From assembly GCF_000281045.1 (NCBI RefSeq), contig NW_008246083.1:632186-696185 (forward strand): a DNA stretch of 64,000 nt, in the 5' to 3' direction. Below, piece by piece: positions 60,789-64,000 of this stretch (its first letter is position 1; each line of letters starts with the position of its first letter). The stretch is from Saprolegnia diclina VS20 (Eukaryota). A program made the position numbers and the translations under genes. The notes below the pieces were generated by a model. It saw only the letters and a list, made by a program, of their open reading frames with translations, ran no database searches and had not been told where the DNA came from.

Positions 60789-61998
60789 AATCACATATTT
60801 TTGCACGCGCTTGCACCCGACACCAACATTACCGCCCTTCTGTTGCTGCTTTGTTTATTCGTGCACCCTGGACTCTGTGGTAAGCCATCGTCTTCGGTGT
60901 AAGATAATTGTTCCACAACGCCCGACTTGACATATACTTCTACTAAGTCTCAACTATCGACTCGTATCAACTTTGAGGCGCACAATATCCATACGAAACT
61001 TCCAAAAGTCTCCACTCGTGAGGCTGGCGCCGGTTTTGAACGACTCGCGAGTCTTCTCTGCAATGTTTAGTGCATCGAGTCGCCTGCCGACATCGTCTCG
61101 CTACTTCACGCGCTATGGACTCGCTATACGCCGGCGCTCGACGCGCTGCGCATGCTCTTGACAGCAATACAAAACCAAGATCTACACGAAATGTCCATCT
61201 GGCCTCGGCCGAGGCCGCGATTCCGTTTGTTGCAACTGCCATGCCCGCCTTCCCTGGTCCCTGCATCGACTGCGATTCGGTGAGCGTCCGCTGGCTGGCA
61301 CCGCAAGATAGCGTGGAGCGTCTCGTGTCTTTGCTCAACACCTCTTAACTCACAACACTCGCGCTTTGCGGCGACGGCAACGAGCTCCTCGCGTGTTCCC
61401 ACGGCGCAGACCTTCTCCTCCCTGGAGCATGGGTTGTATGGCGCTGTACGGACCTGCGCTCCACCCACGGGGCATCGACGCCAAGCTTCGCTGCGTGAGC
61501 TTTGCTCATTCGGACGTGGATGCTTGCATTTAGACACGAAATTCAACTGGATCGCAAGCGCCAAGCCGCTCGACTCGATCGCGTGGGTGCAGTGCGCTGG
61601 TGTCGCAGAGTACTTGGGCGATGTTGGTCGAGCTCTCCAGCGCTGGGTTCGAAACGGAGCAAAAGCTCTCACGTACGCGCACTCCGAAGCGACTTTGCAG
61701 GACATGGACGCTCTGGCCTCCTGCACGAACGTGAGGTTGTCCTGTGTTTGGAGCAGCCAAGTGGGCTCGCCTGCGAACACTGGCGACCACGTAACGAAGG
61801 GCTTGCGTAAGCAACCTTATGAATGAGCCACACGGACCAAGCGAGTCGTCGACGACAAGTAAAAGTGACTGTCAAATCGAAGTGATTCGTAAAATGTTTT
61901 CCTGGCTCTGCTGGGTTGCCGATCATGGTGTCAAAGGGCTACCCCAACCCTCCCGTACTCCTATCTGACACGCAAAAAGATGTCTTGACAGACTGTGA

Positions 61999-63448
61999 TT
62001 AGACTGTCTTGGCATAGAACCGACGGCGGTACACAAGGATGACGGGCACCAGCGCGACGGCGAGGCCGAGCGAGACCGCGTACAGAACGTTCCAGCCCGT
62101 TTCGCTCGTGTTGGCCGACGTCGCAGCGGGGATTTCAAGCAGCGCGACGATGGCCGACGACGAGTAGACGGTGCCGAGGATCTTGCCCATGTTGGCGTGG
62201 CCAAAGGTCGTCGCGCCGCACGTGGCCACGTTGGCGTAAAAGAGCGCGCGGAAGGCCGTAAAGAGCACAAAGGTGACGACTTGAAGCGGGAGCGAGTGGA
62301 TCATGGCGAGAACGTGGTACCCGATGCTGAGGAGTGTCGTCGAGAGCATCGAGACGGGGAGGCCAAACCGGTCGACGAGCGTGTCGATGACAGGAATAAA
62401 GACGAAGCCCGCGGGGAGGATCCACCCGAACGCTTTGATGTACACCTCGTCGACGTCGTTGTAATTCTACGAAAATCGATAAAAATCCTCAAAAATCACA
62501 AGATGCGTACGACGAGCGTTCGGTTGACCGTGCCAAAGTAGAAGGACGACTGGAGGTTGTGCACGGCGGCAAACAGCAGCAAGTACCGAAACTCGAACGA
62601 CTTGAGCTGCGTCTGGAGCGGCGCGGCCGTCAGCGGCACCGTCTATCGCACGTGACTTTCATTTGATTTCTGTGCAGATTTCGCACCTCGTCCATGGCTT
62701 CGTACTGTAGACTCGACGGCGCGTCGGCTTGTACCGGTGCTTCTTCGTCGATGGCAGCGGTGGTATGGCGACCATGGAGCCACCAGAGACCGACGAGGAG
62801 CATGTACACCGCCGCTGTCAGGATCGCGTACACCAACAGCAGCGACTGGCGCGACACCGTTAGCGAAGACTGCATCGTGTGCAGGAGCGACGGCATGACC
62901 GCCGACGCGTCAAAGAGGCAGTTGATGCCGGCAAATATCGCAGTTTGCCACTGAAGAATCACAAACCCGGCGCGAAGTGACGTGAGCAGCGTCGCGCTGC
63001 CGGCGATCGCAATGAGCACGTAGCCATAGACAAAGGCATCAAACTCCACCGAGTCGCTGAGCGCCATCAGGACAAAGCCGGTCGTCGAGAGGACGCCAGC
63101 GACGAGGCTCATCCACATGGGGCCGACCTTGTCGAGCGCAATGCCCGATGGGAGCGAGCTAAACGTGAGAGTAAACTGGGCGACGCCGTAGATAAGGCTG
63201 AGCTTGGCGTCCTGGTCGGCGCAGCGGCCGGTCGTTGGGTTGATCGTCTCGGGCGTGCAGCGCTCGGCGTACTGGTTCTCTTCCTGCAGCAGGAGCAGCA
63301 TCGAGGCCCAGCCATAGATGAAGCCGGCAAAGAGGAGGTTGGATGCAAGCACAGTCAGCACGAGCGCCCACGAGGCACAGCGCTAGCCACACAGCATGAG
63401 CGTCGGCGATGATCGGTGGGATCGTACCGCCGGGATAACGTCGGCCAT
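61999..63448 (-). CDS. MFS transporter, SLC43/LAT3-like, paralog 2 (multi-exon)
   Basis: MADVIPA/RCASWALVLTVLASNLLFAGFIYGWASM...; co-linear paralog of 57866-59302. Confidence 0.87.
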
Positions 63449-64000
63449 CGGAGAGACGGGAAATTGACGAGTGCCTGCGCTGGTCCCCAAGAGTGGCAAC
63501 CACCCATGGTACAGTATGATGACAGGCTCGGTGCCCATCATCATACGTGCAATAGATCGCGCGCGTGATACGCACTGCAGCCATCTGCCAGCAACACTAG
63601 CGCATGACTGCGGTCAATCGCAGCGAGTTCGCTCTCCAATGCCTAAACCAGGGGCACCACCGACGCGATCACGAGCGCAACCAAGCGTGCGCCATGCGAC
63701 ACGGATGCCATGGGTACATATGGTGTTACCACCGAAGGCGTTTGTTCCAACAGCAACCACGTTTCTGAGCCGGTGGTTGTGTTGATGGAGCTGTTAATGG
63801 CCCTTGGCCTCGCTGCTTCAAGACACTCTGCCTCGGGGACTCGCCTTCGCTAGCCTCGACTTGACCGCGGCAGTGGTTGACATTACGCTGACGTGACCTC
63901 CAATGGTCTACGGCTCGAATTAGGGTTCGGGATGGTGGCGTGAACTGGCAGGGCGGGTTACATCTCTTTTTTGACCAGGATACCTTGATAGCTACCTTGA

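Larger units (their letters stand above)
60305..60864. repeat. Inverted repeat: 244-bp arms (60305-60548, 60621-60864), 72-bp AT-rich spacer
   Basis: Arms are reverse complements with about 3 mismatches by eye; each contains a tRNA-Leu gene. Confidence 0.95.

Noticed and set aside
60967..61826. Possible hydrolase or peptidase relic (DFAGHGRSG on +; GGHG on -)
   Set aside because: Motifs are short, on opposite strands and lack surrounding family context; likely chance
1..64000. CRISPR arrays, operons or other prokaryotic defence systems
   Set aside because: The sequence is eukaryotic with spliceosomal introns; no regularly spaced repeat-spacer array or cas-like ORF was seen

Overview
Eukaryotic genomic DNA from an oomycete, most consistent with Saprolegniales (GC-rich codons, many ~45-55 nt GT-AG introns often starting GTACG, oomycete Inr/FPR-like promoter motifs); draft assembly with four N gaps. 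The window is gene-dense. It holds a divergent histone H2B/H2A pair, kelch, Myb, FAM184-like, SERP1/RAMP4, HSF, SPRY, PP5, QSOX, HA-repeat, RING-H2, TRM6, FYVE, HIU hydrolase and TFIIIC-like WD40/AT-hook genes, a PH-FYVE-DEP PI4-kinase, a START-like/FIST gene and two tandem SLC43-like transporters. It also has tRNA-Ile(TAT), two tRNA-Leu(CAA) genes inside a 560-bp palindrome, a truncated AIP1 copy, and seven small WRKY19-like C2-CH zinc-finger repeat genes in two subfamilies. The most notable observations are a tandem double stem-loop after H2A, the tRNA palindrome, a possible Net1/Tof2-like N-terminal domain, the START-FIST and DEP-PI4K architectures, and a recurrent paired CCGGAT promoter motif. 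No prokaryotic-type systems (CRISPR etc.) are seen. All calls are by eye; no searches were run, and boundaries of spliced genes are approximate.
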